A DNA stretch of 64,000 nt from an uncultured cyanobacterium (GCA_963793425.1 CAWCAG010000001.1:64001-128000), one strand, 5' to 3'; numbered from the stretch's first letter, positions 45,693 to 55,887 are shown. A program made the numbers and translations. The notes: generated by a model from the letters alone, not told the origin.

Positions 45693-46136
45693 ATGGTACG
45701 TCTTCGGTCTATTTTGCCCTTAATTCTGGCTTTGTTTGCCACCTTCTTGGTGAGTTGCGGTTCCGGTGTAGCCCAAGCGCCTCCTACCTATACACCAGAA
45801 AAAGTTGCTCAAATTGAAACTGCTTTGATTCCCATTAAGCAAGCTCAGGAAAAACTCCCCAAATTAGCTCAATTAATTGCCGATCAGGACTGGATTGATG
45901 TTAGGAATTTTATCCATGGCCCCATGGGATTGTTGCGACGTAACATGAGCTATGTATCTCGCCAGCTTTTAGAGAAAGATCAAGGGCCAGCTAATGAATT
46001 AGCCAAAGAAGTCTTTGCTGATTTTGACAGCCTTGATCTGGCAGCTAAAGAGCAAAGTCTTGTTGCTACTTCCGAAAGCTTTTACGAAATAGTTGAAGAT
46101 TTTGAAGAATTTCTCCAATTCGTTCCTACCAACTAG
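45693..46136 (+). CDS. psbQ: Photosystem II lipoprotein CyanoQ
   Basis: Lipobox LVSC, PPTYT and WIDVRNFIHGPMG. Confidence 0.92.
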   Translation: MVRLRSILPLILALFATFLVSCGSGVAQAPPTYTPEKVAQIETALIPIKQAQEKLPKLAQLIADQDWIDVRNFIHGPMGLLRRNMSYVSRQLLEKDQGPANELAKEVFADFDSLDLAAKEQSLVATSESFYEIVEDFEEFLQFVPTN

Positions 46137-46141
46137 TAGAA

Positions 46142-47247
46142 ATGCCCAGAGTCACTATTATTGGTGCTGGTGTAATTGGTGCTGGAATCGCCTATGAGCT
46201 AAGTTTGGTGGAGGGGTTAAGAATCACTCTTCTGGAACGAGAAACTCCTGCCTATGGCTCCACAGGGGCTGCTTTAGGGGTGTTGATGGGAGCGATTAGC
46301 CATAAAGTAAAAGGTAAGCCTTGGCGGTGGCGAAAAACCAGCCTCCAGCGTTATGAAACTTTGATACCAGAGTTATTAGCTTTAACCGGGAAGCAAGTAT
46401 CTTTTAACCGCCAAGGTATTATCAAGTTAAGGTTTGTGGGGGAAGATGTTTCTCATTGGGAAAAACTGGTTACCAAACGCCATAGCCAAGATTGGGCTTT
46501 GGAAATTTGGCATTTGTCTCAGTTACAAGCTCAATGTCCCCAAATTCAAAATGAGCGGGTTATCGGTGCGGTTTATTCTCCCCAAGATCGCCAGGTAAAT
46601 CCTCGCCAGTTAACAGAGGCTTTGGTGGCCGCAGCAGAGTTGAAAGGGGTTAAATGCCAATTTGGGGTTGAGGTAGAAAAGGTAGTCCCCAATGACTACC
46701 AAAACCCTACTTCCTATGAACTTCATACCACCTCCGGTATCATAGAAACCCAGTGGTTAATTATAGCCGCAGGTAATGGTTCAACTCCTTTAACAACTTC
46801 CCTTAACCAACCTGTAGATATTCGTCCAGTTTTAGGGCAAGCATTGCAAGTTGAGTTAAAACAACCTCTGGGCAATCCTGACTTTCAACCAGTGATTACC
46901 GGGGAAGATACCCATATTGTCCCTTTAGGTGATAATCAATATTGGTTAGGGGCAACGGTAGAATTTCCGAATCAAGAAGGGAAAGTATTTGCTCAAGAAG
47001 TTTGTTTAGAAGAGTTAAAAAATAAGGGAATCGCCCTTTGTCCAGCTTTGGCACAGGCGAGGATTGTTCATACTTGGTCAGGTAATCGTCCTCGTCCTGA
47101 AGGAAGGCCGGCCCCATTGTGGAAGAATTACCGGCCCACCCTCAAGTACTCTTAGCTACAGCCCATTATCGCAACGGTGTACTCCTCGCCCCAGCTACGG
47201 CTTTAGCAATTAAAAGTTGGTTTGTAGAAGAAAAAAATACTTTTTAA
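46142..47247 (+). CDS. FAD-dependent oxidoreductase (DAO/ThiO-like) with a frameshift near 47115
   Basis: GAGVIG Rossmann motif, STGAALG and WSGNRPRP. The C-terminus ATAHYRNGVLLAPATA continues in another frame to TAA 47247. Confidence 0.85.
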
Positions 47248-47255
47248 GTTGAGAA

Positions 47256-47744
47256 TTATTCATCAACAATAATCTTCAACCGGGCATTTTTCTGAGCAGA
47301 ATTTTGCACCCAAAACTTCGTAACTGGAGTTTCGAGATCCCGATTGATTTTTAAAGGTTTGCCTGCGGTGCAAGTGTAAGTTTTGAAGTTATCACCGCAG
47401 GGCAAAGCGATATCTCCTGGTTCGATTTTGACGGTTATTGCTGTAGCGGGAGGGTTTAATTTAATGGTTTGCCTAGCTGTTTCTGGCAATATTAAGAGAT
47501 TGTAGTTTTTCAGAGGTTCCTTAACTGGGATATTCTCCGGGAGGGATTCTTGAGCTTGTTTTTGTAATAAATTATCTTCCCCCTTGGGTAGCACAACTTC
47601 TTGAGGAAGAGATTCTTTTACAGGGAGATTTTCTGAAGCGGGAGGTAAAGCGGTTTCTGCTTGTACGGGTAAAGCTATAGTTAGTAAGAAGAAAACAATG
47701 CTGATAATAATAATTTTTGGTTTCATTGGTATTTTTTCTGACAA
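47256..47744 (-). CDS. Hypothetical secreted protein
   Basis: Signal peptide ending PVQA, Pro/Glu-rich linker, small Cys-containing C-terminal domain. Confidence 0.6.
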   Translation of the reverse strand: MSEKIPMKPKIIIISIVFFLLTIALPVQAETALPPASENLPVKESLPQEVVLPKGEDNLLQKQAQESLPENIPVKEPLKNYNLLILPETARQTIKLNPPATAITVKIEPGDIALPCGDNFKTYTCTAGKPLKINRDLETPVTKFWVQNSAQKNARLKIIVDE

Positions 47745-47868
47745 TAACTTACCTTATAACATTTAATATTTATCATTCACTTCTTTAAGCTATTAGGAAT
47801 GTAAACTGCGTATTATCGAATCAACGAAAATAAGCTGTAATTCTTTACTATTCACCTCTCCCCACTCC

Positions 47869-48456
47869 CTAGCGCTGTTTATTACCTACTTCTGATTGAC
47901 CTGGTTGACTTAATTGGGGTTGCTCTTGCTGGAAGCTATAGCCTAGCCAAATAAAGCCACCTCCAAAAACACTAATCATGCCAATTAAAATAACTGTGAG
48001 CAATTTTACTTGAGAGCGAAGTAAATCTACTTCTTGGTTACTTTTTTGAATTTGAGATTGAGGAGGAGTTTCTTCAATACCGAGCTTTTTACGAGCAACT
48101 TCTTCAATAATTTTCTCTTCTTTCTGATTAAATGTAACTTGAGAATGGAGCCAATTAGCAATTAATTCTGGGCAGTTTTTTTTGACCCAGCGCATAGCCA
48201 CTATTTTAAACAAGGGCTTAGACATTTTCGCTATTGGTTTCATCACTTTGTTGATAAAATGCGAGCGAAACTTTTGGTCAATGAGGTTTATTGAACCTAT
48301 ATCATAGAGACAATCTAAGATTAGCTTGATAGTAACCTCTTCTCTTTGAGTTAAATGTTCAAGAAGGAAAAAAACTTGAGACATCAGTTCTTTTTCTTTT
48401 TTATCTTTTTCTGAAAGCGGCTCGATTTCAGCTAGATTTTCTGAGGAGGGCTTCAT
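47869..48456 (-). CDS. Hypothetical protein with a C-terminal TM helix
   Basis: REEVTIKLILDCLYDIGSINLI...WVKKNCPELIANWL. ATG 48456 preferred as start. Confidence 0.7.
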   Translation of the reverse strand: MKPSSENLAEIEPLSEKDKKEKELMSQVFFLLEHLTQREEVTIKLILDCLYDIGSINLIDQKFRSHFINKVMKPIAKMSKPLFKIVAMRWVKKNCPELIANWLHSQVTFNQKEEKIIEEVARKKLGIEETPPQSQIQKSNQEVDLLRSQVKLLTVILIGMISVFGGGFIWLGYSFQQEQPQLSQPGQSEVGNKQR

Positions 48457-48645
48457 CTTTATCTTGCTCTTCCAACTTTGACTCTTTGGGTACAATAGCT
48501 GCTAATCGTTGCTTTTATATTATATAGGAGAAGTAAGCAAAGCCCACTGCCTACGAATCTCCAAGCTAATGAAAACGGGTAGCCTCTACAGAGAATGTTA
48601 GTTTAATGGTCAATGTTTAATGTTTAATGATAAATCCACTAGCCA

Positions 48646-49287
48646 TTAGCAAGATTTGTCGTCATACCAAACCTGACGATAAATCAACTCTAACTCGCTT
48701 CCCACCTCATAAAAATAATCCATTTGCTGAGATTGCAAAGTTACTAAGGTACGAAATATTAACAAAGCCATAATTGCCACTATCATACCTGTAGCTGTGG
48801 TTAAAAGAGCCTCGCCAATACCTTGGGCGACCCCAGCCGCTTCTTCCGTTGAACCGCCGCTACCAATATTTAAGTTATTGAAAGTACCAATCAAACCCGT
48901 CACCGTACCCAACAAACCTAATAAAGGAGACACCGCCACGATAGTTTCTAAGATTTTGTCTCCTGTACGCATCTTTATAAACTCGCGATCGCCTGCCGCT
49001 TCCATGGCTAAACGAAAGGTTTCTGGGGTGGGCTTTTTCAACTTTAAAGGTGCAATCAAAAAGCGTCCAATCGGTAAATTTTGGGCTGAGTTAGCAATTT
49101 CCGCTGCTTTATCAAGATCATAATGGGCAGCTTCAAGCACATCCTTAACAAGGCGATTTTCTTGAGTTAACAGTCGTAACCAAAACCAACTACGTTCAAT
49201 GGCACAAGCTACAGTGATTACCGATAAAGCAAGGAGAGGCCACATAATTGGGCCGCCTTGAGTAATTAAACTAGATACGCGAGTCAT
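48646..49287 (-). CDS. MotA/TolQ/ExbB proton channel family protein
   Basis: GGPIMWPL, SPLLGLLGTVTG and GIGEALLTTATG. Confidence 0.92.
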   Translation of the reverse strand: MTRVSSLITQGGPIMWPLLALSVITVACAIERSWFWLRLLTQENRLVKDVLEAAHYDLDKAAEIANSAQNLPIGRFLIAPLKLKKPTPETFRLAMEAAGDREFIKMRTGDKILETIVAVSPLLGLLGTVTGLIGTFNNLNIGSGGSTEEAAGVAQGIGEALLTTATGMIVAIMALLIFRTLVTLQSQQMDYFYEVGSELELIYRQVWYDDKSC

Positions 49288-49810
49288 GAAATATTTCAGT
49301 TAAAACCACTAGTCGGGAATAAAATCTGTTCAATAATAGATGACGGAATTCCCGAACTTTTATTCCCGAAAGGCCCTTTTTTATTGAAAATATAGTGTTG
49401 TGTAAGGGAAAACACGCTGAAAACAGCTATAATAGAGCGTATGTAAGAGAAAATACTCGAAAAGCAGCCAATACAACCAAATAGACAGAAAATCAGTAAT
49501 TCAAGTCACAATATCGTGGTTTTCTTGATCACTAAAGCAGCCTTCTAAGCTCACACTCATAAGGCCGGTTTTTGATTAATGTATATATGGCGAAGAAAAA
49601 AACCTTTGCTGCTGGCGGGAGAAATGAGATGCTAAACCCTTTCCCCCAAATCCAACTCCCAGCATCTCATTGATTATTCCCAAAAGCGTAGCAATTTTTA
49701 TCATCAGTTAGTTAATTAATTTGGTGATAGAGGTTGAAAGCTTTTCGGTTGAGAGCTTTTCTCCGTAGTAAGAGATAAACCGTAAATCATCGCGAACACC
49801 TTGGTTGAGT

Positions 49811-49842
49811 GGCTGCTATTCTTTTTAGAGTGGCAGTCTTTT
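49811..49842 (+). terminator. Rho-independent terminator-like hairpin with no coding gene upstream on this strand
   Basis: GGCTGCTATTCT-TTTT-AGAGTGGCAGTC-TTTT. The 12-bp stem needs G-U pairs that form only on the + strand. Confidence 0.6.
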
Positions 49843-49978
49843 CATTGCCAGTTGCAATGGCAAAAATCTTAAATTAACAAACGCTATAGCAATAACCAAA
49901 ACAATTAGAACAGAACTGAAGCCTAAAACTTAGACATAGCAACTGTTCCTCTCCTACTCCCTACTCCCTGCTTATAAA

Positions 49979-50059
49979 TGCGGACGGAGAGACTCGAACT
50001 CTCACATCAAAGACACTAGAACCTAAATCTAGCGCGTCTACCAATTCCGCCACGTCCGC
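49979..50059 (-). tRNA. trnL: tRNA-Leu (anticodon TAG)
   Basis: Reverse complement GCGGACGTGGCGGAATTGGTAGACGCGCTAGATTTAGGTTCTAG...GTTCGAGTCTCTCCGTCCGCA, with a variable arm. Confidence 0.97.
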
Positions 50060-50127
50060 AGGCATTTTACAACTAGTCAATTGATATAGTAACAAAATGC
50101 CGACGCTAAGTCATCAAATAAATTAAC

Positions 50128-51699
50128 TTAAATTTGGCAACGCTTACGAGCCGCAGTATACTCAGGTTCTTGCCAAGAAAAAGCAAAATGGCTAACAGCA
50201 TTGATTTGAGGGAATTCTTGGCGTAGTGCTGCCATCTGAATTTCTAAGGAAGGACGGCCTGTATGGGAAGCCCCCCAAACCCCTGCTAAAACGGGCATAA
50301 CCTTATTAGTTTTATTTTTAGCTCCCTTCATTACCCATTCAACCTCATCCACAATACAACTAGCTTTGTTGCAAACAGCATAGGACATAGGATGTAACCG
50401 AATCGTATCGGGGAATTGGTCCCAAGGTTGAAGGCGAGAATCATATCCTTGCTGCCCTACCCCTCGGTTGCCATAGGGGAAAAAGACAGCCCCCGCCGGA
50501 ATACCTTGACTTTCAGAAATGCGAGATGCCAACGAAAGAAAATCAATTACCCCTTGGGCAGCATGAGCAACACTAAGACTCCATAATTCTTGTTGGATCT
50601 GATTGCGTAATGCCCCATCATAAATAGAGTTGACTAATTTAGTGGTTTGGGCAGGATCTGTTGATTGCTTGTCTAACTGGCTTTGTTCTTGAGGAGTGGG
50701 TGTACGCCCTTGCCAAAGAGGAGGCCCTTCATCAGGATATAAACGAACCATATCCTGGAAGTCTTGGCTTGTCAGAGAACCTCGACTTAAATATTTCTCA
50801 ATTAATAACTTACCACGATTATTTAGCGATCGCCGCAACAAAGTTTCTCGCGAAGCATCACCATAAATCCACAAATCCTTAACTTTGCTAGCCACAGAAG
50901 CTGCCCCTGTACCACGGGGATAGCGAATATAATCAAACATGATTTCATCGGGCTTCCTTTTGACCACTTCCCGCACTAACTGGCTATACTGCTGTCGGGC
51001 TTGGGAGTTGTACGGGTCAATAAAAGCTTCTGAATGTCCCACATCAAAAGCCAAACTATTATCTCCCTGACCATTTAAAGCTAAGGTACTACGTGTCTGG
51101 GGGTTTTGACCATAGGCATAACCAAAGTTCATCGAGAACATCCAAGCATTAACTTTTAAGCCTCTTTTACGCCCTTTCTCAATCACCTCAGCTAATAAAT
51201 CTCGATTCTCATCCCCAGGAGTCCGTAACATGGAAAGCCAAGGAGTTGGGTTATCAGCCACCGGTAAGAGAACTTGACTATTACCAAAGGTTTCTATATA
51301 AACTTCGTTGTAGCCTAAGTTAACGATTCGGTCTAAGGTTTGTTCCAAAACTCCTGATTTGGCATCGCAGGGATGGAGACGTAACCAAATACCTTGGGAT
51401 CTTGGCCAATTACGAGAGCGACACAGGTTTAAAAGATCCCCATGCTTCTTGAGCATATTTTGGTAGCTGGCTTCTGCGTTGGCATCTCCTTTAACCCAAG
51501 CTTGGCGAAGATTTTCCTTTTCTGTAATTGCTTGGGCATTAAAGCGACAATATTCTCTAATTTGGGCGCTAGCTGGGACGCTAAAAAGACATTGGCTAAC
51601 TAAACCACTCATGGTCATCAACCCAGTTACCAAAAAGTTTAAAGTACGTTTCCTTGCAGGTTTAGATTTTAAAAGTAGGGTTTTTGACGGTGATTTCAT
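50128..51699 (-). CDS. GHL10 (family 10-like glycosyl hydrolase) exported protein
   Basis: GYNEVYIET, DLLAEVIEKGRKRGLKVNAW, FIDPY and MFDYIRYP. Confidence 0.8.
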   Translation of the reverse strand: MKSPSKTLLLKSKPARKRTLNFLVTGLMTMSGLVSQCLFSVPASAQIREYCRFNAQAITEKENLRQAWVKGDANAEASYQNMLKKHGDLLNLCRSRNWPRSQGIWLRLHPCDAKSGVLEQTLDRIVNLGYNEVYIETFGNSQVLLPVADNPTPWLSMLRTPGDENRDLLAEVIEKGRKRGLKVNAWMFSMNFGYAYGQNPQTRSTLALNGQGDNSLAFDVGHSEAFIDPYNSQARQQYSQLVREVVKRKPDEIMFDYIRYPRGTGAASVASKVKDLWIYGDASRETLLRRSLNNRGKLLIEKYLSRGSLTSQDFQDMVRLYPDEGPPLWQGRTPTPQEQSQLDKQSTDPAQTTKLVNSIYDGALRNQIQQELWSLSVAHAAQGVIDFLSLASRISESQGIPAGAVFFPYGNRGVGQQGYDSRLQPWDQFPDTIRLHPMSYAVCNKASCIVDEVEWVMKGAKNKTNKVMPVLAGVWGASHTGRPSLEIQMAALRQEFPQINAVSHFAFSWQEPEYTAARKRCQI

Positions 51700-52013
51700 G
51701 GAATCGCTTAACTATAAAAATTGATACTCTTGTTCTGTCAGCAGTGGTATAGATACACTCAATAAATAGATAATATAGGGAATTTGACCCTAAGCATGAG
51801 ATTCAACCAATAACTTAAGTTTGGCAATCTTTTGCCCCAAGTTTCCCTTAATGATTCAGTCCAATATACTTTAGTTCCGGATACTGGTGGGAAATGGGGA
51901 GACATCGGAGGTGGGCAGACTAAGAAAATAGGTAAAAATAAACAAAAAAATTGGGTCTGATTTCTCAAACCCTAGCTTGGTAAATTATCAATTATCAATT
52001 ATCAATTATCAAA

Positions 52014-52424
52014 CTATCTACCCCGCTTCAGAGCAATTTCTACTTGCTTAAACTCTTGCCTTAAACGTTTTTCCAATTTCGCTGATAAAGGACGGCTAGA
52101 ATAAGCGCTATAATAACCAGCCAAAGAATTTAAGGCTGTTTGCATAGTTGTGAAAGAGCGCAAACCAGCAACTTTACTATTTCTGCGATAGCGAGAAGTA
52201 TAATCGTTAATTTGTTCCCGTAATTGATTAACAGATTCTATACGTTCAGGGGCATCATTTGCTAACTCAATATTTGTGTTAACGCTACTAAGCAAAGTTT
52301 GAGTATCTTGACCATAGTTTCCTGTTAGCCCTGTAGTACTATTGGCACTAGAGCAGCCCATTAAGCCCATAGTAACCACAAGAAGTAAAGCCATTAAACG
52401 AGATAAAAAAGGTTTTAGACGCAT
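52014..52424 (-). CDS. psb27: Photosystem II assembly lipoprotein Psb27
   Basis: Lipobox LMGC, LTGNY and YTSRYRR...SFTTMQTALNSLAGYY. Confidence 0.94.
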   Translation of the reverse strand: MRLKPFLSRLMALLLVVTMGLMGCSSANSTTGLTGNYGQDTQTLLSSVNTNIELANDAPERIESVNQLREQINDYTSRYRRNSKVAGLRSFTTMQTALNSLAGYYSAYSSRPLSAKLEKRLRQEFKQVEIALKRGR

Positions 52425-52596
52425 GATTTATGTTACTAAAATTACAAATTACTATCGATCCTACCAAGAATTGAGAATTAATTGCTAGTTGCTAATGGTT
52501 AATAGCTGGTGGCTAATTTTAAGAACTTTATCTTTGAGGCAGTTTATGTTCCTCTTACCGTCAAAATAGTTCCAACGTCTAAGTTGAAGGAACAAA

Positions 52597-53679
52597 ATGG
52601 GCGAAAAAAAGCGAATTGGTATTCTCACTAGCGGCGGTGATTGTGCTGGCTTAAATGCTGTGATTAGAGCAGTTGTACAATGTGCTGTCGGGAAGTATGA
52701 CTGGGAAGTTTTGGGCATTTGTCGGGCTACCCAAGGATTAATGAACAATCCACCGGAAGTTCAGCATTTAGATCCCCATCAAGTTGATATGTGGTTAACC
52801 AGGGGGGGAACTATGTTGGGAACAACTAATAAAGGTAACCCTTTTGCTTTTCCCCTAGCTGATGGACAGGTAAAAGACTGCTCAGAAGAGATTATTGCTA
52901 ATTACTATCAGCTAGGGTTAGAAGCCTTAATTGGGGTTGGTGGAGATGGCAGTTTAGCAATCCTACGCCGTCTGGCTCAACAGGGTGGTATCAATATGGT
53001 AGGGATTCCTAAAACCATTGATAATGATGTGGGGGTGACAGAAAAATCAATTGGTTTTGATACCGCTGTTAACATTGCCACAGAAGCTTTAGATAGACTT
53101 CATTTCACCGCAGCTAGCCATAGCAGAGTAATGATCCTCGAAGTGATGGGAAGAGATGCCGGACATATTGCCCTGAATGCAGGCATTGCTGGAGGCGCTC
53201 ATGTTATTCTTATTCCCGAAATTCCTTATAAAATTGAGAGAGTTTGCCATAAAATTAGGGAACGTCAAGCCCAAGGACAAAATTTTTCTTTAGTGATTGT
53301 TTCTGAAGCTGTTTGTACAGAAGCAGGAGAACAAGTAACTAAAATGGAGCAGTTTGGCGAATGCCGCTTAGGAGGCATCGGCCAGTATATCTCTGAACAA
53401 GTTGCCCAAGGTACAGGGGCAGAAACGAGGGTAACTGTGTTGGGGCATATTCAACGAGGTGGTATACCTTCTCCTTTAGATCGGGTTTTGGGTTCTGCTT
53501 TTGGGGTAGCAGCAGTGGATTTAATCGCCCAAGAAAAGTATGATCACATGGTTAGTTGGCAAGATCGTCAAATAGTTAGCGTACCCATCGCTGAGGCGAT
53601 TAAAGACTACCGAGCAATAGATCCTCAAGGCACTTTAGCGAATACAGCTAGGGGTTTAGGTATTTGTTTGGGTGAATAG
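52597..53679 (+). CDS. pfkA: ATP-dependent 6-phosphofructokinase
   Basis: LTSGGDCAGLN, GGDGS, PKTIDND, EVMGR and LGHIQRGG. Confidence 0.95.
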   Translation: MGEKKRIGILTSGGDCAGLNAVIRAVVQCAVGKYDWEVLGICRATQGLMNNPPEVQHLDPHQVDMWLTRGGTMLGTTNKGNPFAFPLADGQVKDCSEEIIANYYQLGLEALIGVGGDGSLAILRRLAQQGGINMVGIPKTIDNDVGVTEKSIGFDTAVNIATEALDRLHFTAASHSRVMILEVMGRDAGHIALNAGIAGGAHVILIPEIPYKIERVCHKIRERQAQGQNFSLVIVSEAVCTEAGEQVTKMEQFGECRLGGIGQYISEQVAQGTGAETRVTVLGHIQRGGIPSPLDRVLGSAFGVAAVDLIAQEKYDHMVSWQDRQIVSVPIAEAIKDYRAIDPQGTLANTARGLGICLGE

Positions 53680-53729
53680 CTAATTGCTAATTGCTAGTTG
53701 CTAGCAGTGACAGGCAGTTGTCATGTTCT

Positions 53730-53772
53730 TTACTTATTACTTGTTACTTGTTACTTATTACTTATTACTTAA
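53730..53772. repeat. Heptamer STRR array (TTACTTR)n
   Basis: About six tandem 7-mers. Related arrays occur near 56050-56106 and 62146-62164; other heptamer arrays occur near 8565, 43965, 48600 and 51983. Confidence 0.8.
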
Positions 53773-53810
53773 CCAAATCTCTGGAGCAAAAGCCAACAAG
53801 CAAATTACTA

Positions 53811-53894
53811 TGGGGGTGGAGAGACTTGAACTCTCACGACCTTTACGGTCAACGGATTTTAAGTCCGTAGCGTCTACCATTCCGCCACACCCCC
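53811..53894 (-). tRNA. trnL: tRNA-Leu (anticodon TAA), intronless
   Basis: Reverse complement GGGGGTGTGGCGGAATGGTAGACGCTACGGACTTAAAATCCGT...GTTCAAGTCTCTCCACCCCCA. Confidence 0.97.
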
Positions 53895-54035
53895 TTGAGG
53901 TGGTTAAAGAAATTTATTGGTTGAATTAAATTTCTCCATTTGTATATTCCAACATTATCTGGGCTTCTGTGCAACCTTTCTGAACAAATAAATTATAATT
54001 TTCCTTTAAAATAGAACAAAGATACTATTTTTGTT

Positions 54036-54692
54036 ATGTGCGGTCGATTTACTCAAACTAGTTCAGCAGATGCTATTGCCACAGCCTTCAACTTAAGTGC
54101 TGTCCCTCCTCAACAACCTAAATATAATATTGCTCCCACCCAGATAATTCCAACTATTTTATACCCTTCTTCAGAAAGCCAGAAAGAATTTAAGGAGTTA
54201 CGGTGGGGATTAATTCCTAGTTGGGCAAAAGACCAGAAAATAGGTAATAAGCTCATTAACGCTAGGGCAGAAACTGTAGCCGAAAAACCTTCTTTTCGTA
54301 GTGCTTTTCGTAAGCGTCGCTGTTTAATTGTTGCTGATGGTTTTTATGAGTGGCAACACCAGGAAGAGGGGAAACAGCCTTTTTGTATTCAAATGAAAGA
54401 TGAGCAGGTTTTTGCTTTTGCTGGAATCTGGGAACGCTGGCAAGCCCCAGAAGGAGAGGTAATAGAGTCTTGTACAATTATCACTACAGAAGCTAATGAA
54501 TTGATGAACCCGATCCATAAACGAATGCCGGTGATTTTGAACTCTGAAGATTATCAGCTTTGGTTAGATCCCCAGGTAACAGAAAAAGAGAAACTGCAAC
54601 CTTTATTAACGCCCTACAATAGTGAGATGATGAAGGCTAATCCTGTGAGTAAAAAAGTTAATAATCCGAGAAATTCTTTTCCTTTCAAATAG
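54036..54692 (+). CDS. SRAP (SOS response-associated peptidase, HMCES/YedK family)
   Basis: MCGRF N-terminus, YNIAPTQ, INARAET, DGFYEW and HKRMPVIL. Confidence 0.93.
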   Translation: MCGRFTQTSSADAIATAFNLSAVPPQQPKYNIAPTQIIPTILYPSSESQKEFKELRWGLIPSWAKDQKIGNKLINARAETVAEKPSFRSAFRKRRCLIVADGFYEWQHQEEGKQPFCIQMKDEQVFAFAGIWERWQAPEGEVIESCTIITTEANELMNPIHKRMPVILNSEDYQLWLDPQVTEKEKLQPLLTPYNSEMMKANPVSKKVNNPRNSFPFK

Positions 54693-55887
54693 AATTCAAC
54701 AGCAACAAGTCACCAGAGGAAACACTACCCTCAACATTACCAACAGCTAACAAACCGTTGCGATCGCGATAAGTTACCAGCCCTTGTTTATCAACAACTT
54801 TAAACTGCATTCCTGGTTCAAGTTTACCAGGATCAATGCCACCTAACCAAAATTTAGCCTGGTTGTTTTCCACTTTAATTACTGCACCGTGGGCTGCTGA
54901 TCTAGTAGGAGAATTAAAATAAACTGGTTGTTGTCCATAATCTGTATCTACTTCCACTTCTAAAGTAGGAGTTTGTCGGAAATCTTTTTCTTTGAAGTAG
55001 TTAGCAAGCTTCTCTACTGTATAGGCAACCGCTTCTTCTGGAGTAGTATTTTCTTGCCAAAGATATTGAGTGAAGGTATGGGTAAAGATCCCAGCGTAAA
55101 AGCCGTTAAGACGAACATCAGCAGCATATTGGTTAGGATTTGTTGAGGCAATGACAACTCCCTTAGCAACTCCCTCACGATAACCAGCAATGAATTCTTC
55201 AGGGGAAAGATTTAACTTACTTAACCATTGTTCTTGATAAGTTTTTTCTTTCGGAGAAACTAAAGTTTTTTCACCTCCTAAGCGGGAACGAATCCGGAAA
55301 TCATTTTTAGTAGCAGCACCAGAAAAACAACTATCTAACACTGCCGTAAAATTCTCTGTGGGGACAGCAGACATGAGCAGATAAAGGGTATGACCCATGA
55401 TATCTTCAACAATAGTTTCTTCTCGAATATATTCTCTGGGAGTAGCATCAAAAGGTACGAAAGTACCGTTTAAATTACTTTCTTTCTTGTTAGGATCGCT
55501 AACAATAGGATCGGGATCAAAAATCAGGGAACCGTGACCAGAATAGTGATAAACTGCTATATCTCCTGGTTTAACTTGGTTAATTAAATATTCTTCAAAA
55601 GCACCCAGTATCCCCTCACGAGTGGCTTTTTCGTCGAGAAGAATATGAATATCTTTGGGATTAAAACCAAAGCGGTTAATTAATAACTCTTGTTGCATAA
55701 AAACATCATTCACACAACCTTCAAGAGGGCCAGCGTATTGATATTTATTAATACCCACTAAAAGAGCAACTTTGCGGGGTGTATCCTGTGCTAAAACTTT
55801 ACCATAACGTTCCCATTTACTTAAGCCTAAAGTAGCTAAGGTAGCCCCAGCAAATTGCAAAAAATGACGACGAGATAGTTTACTCAT
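54685..55887 (-). CDS. Caspase family (C14) peptidase with a twin-arginine-like leader
   Basis: SRRHFL leader, ALLVGINKY, LEGCVND, and catalytic YSGHG and LDSCFSG. Confidence 0.9.
   Translation of the reverse strand: MSKLSRRHFLQFAGATLATLGLSKWERYGKVLAQDTPRKVALLVGINKYQYAGPLEGCVNDVFMQQELLINRFGFNPKDIHILLDEKATREGILGAFEEYLINQVKPGDIAVYHYSGHGSLIFDPDPIVSDPNKKESNLNGTFVPFDATPREYIREETIVEDIMGHTLYLLMSAVPTENFTAVLDSCFSGAATKNDFRIRSRLGGEKTLVSPKEKTYQEQWLSKLNLSPEEFIAGYREGVAKGVVIASTNPNQYAADVRLNGFYAGIFTHTFTQYLWQENTTPEEAVAYTVEKLANYFKEKDFRQTPTLEVEVDTDYGQQPVYFNSPTRSAAHGAVIKVENNQAKFWLGGIDPGKLEPGMQFKVVDKQGLVTYRDRNGLLAVGNVEGSVSSGDLLLLNSI

Noticed and set aside
49290..49970. Cobalamin or other known riboswitch upstream of exbB; Yfr1, IsaR1 or 6S RNA
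   Set aside because: No B12-box or other signature motif of these RNAs could be recognised. Kept only as an unnamed sRNA candidate.
51759..51968. 69-aa ORF between psb27 and the GHL10 gene
   Set aside because: TTG start, no RBS and no recognisable motif; probably a non-coding leader region.
53723..53929. 68-aa ORF (and the similar ORF at 55945-56145)
   Set aside because: These are translations of heptamer STRR repeats; the first also reads through the antisense of tRNA-Leu.
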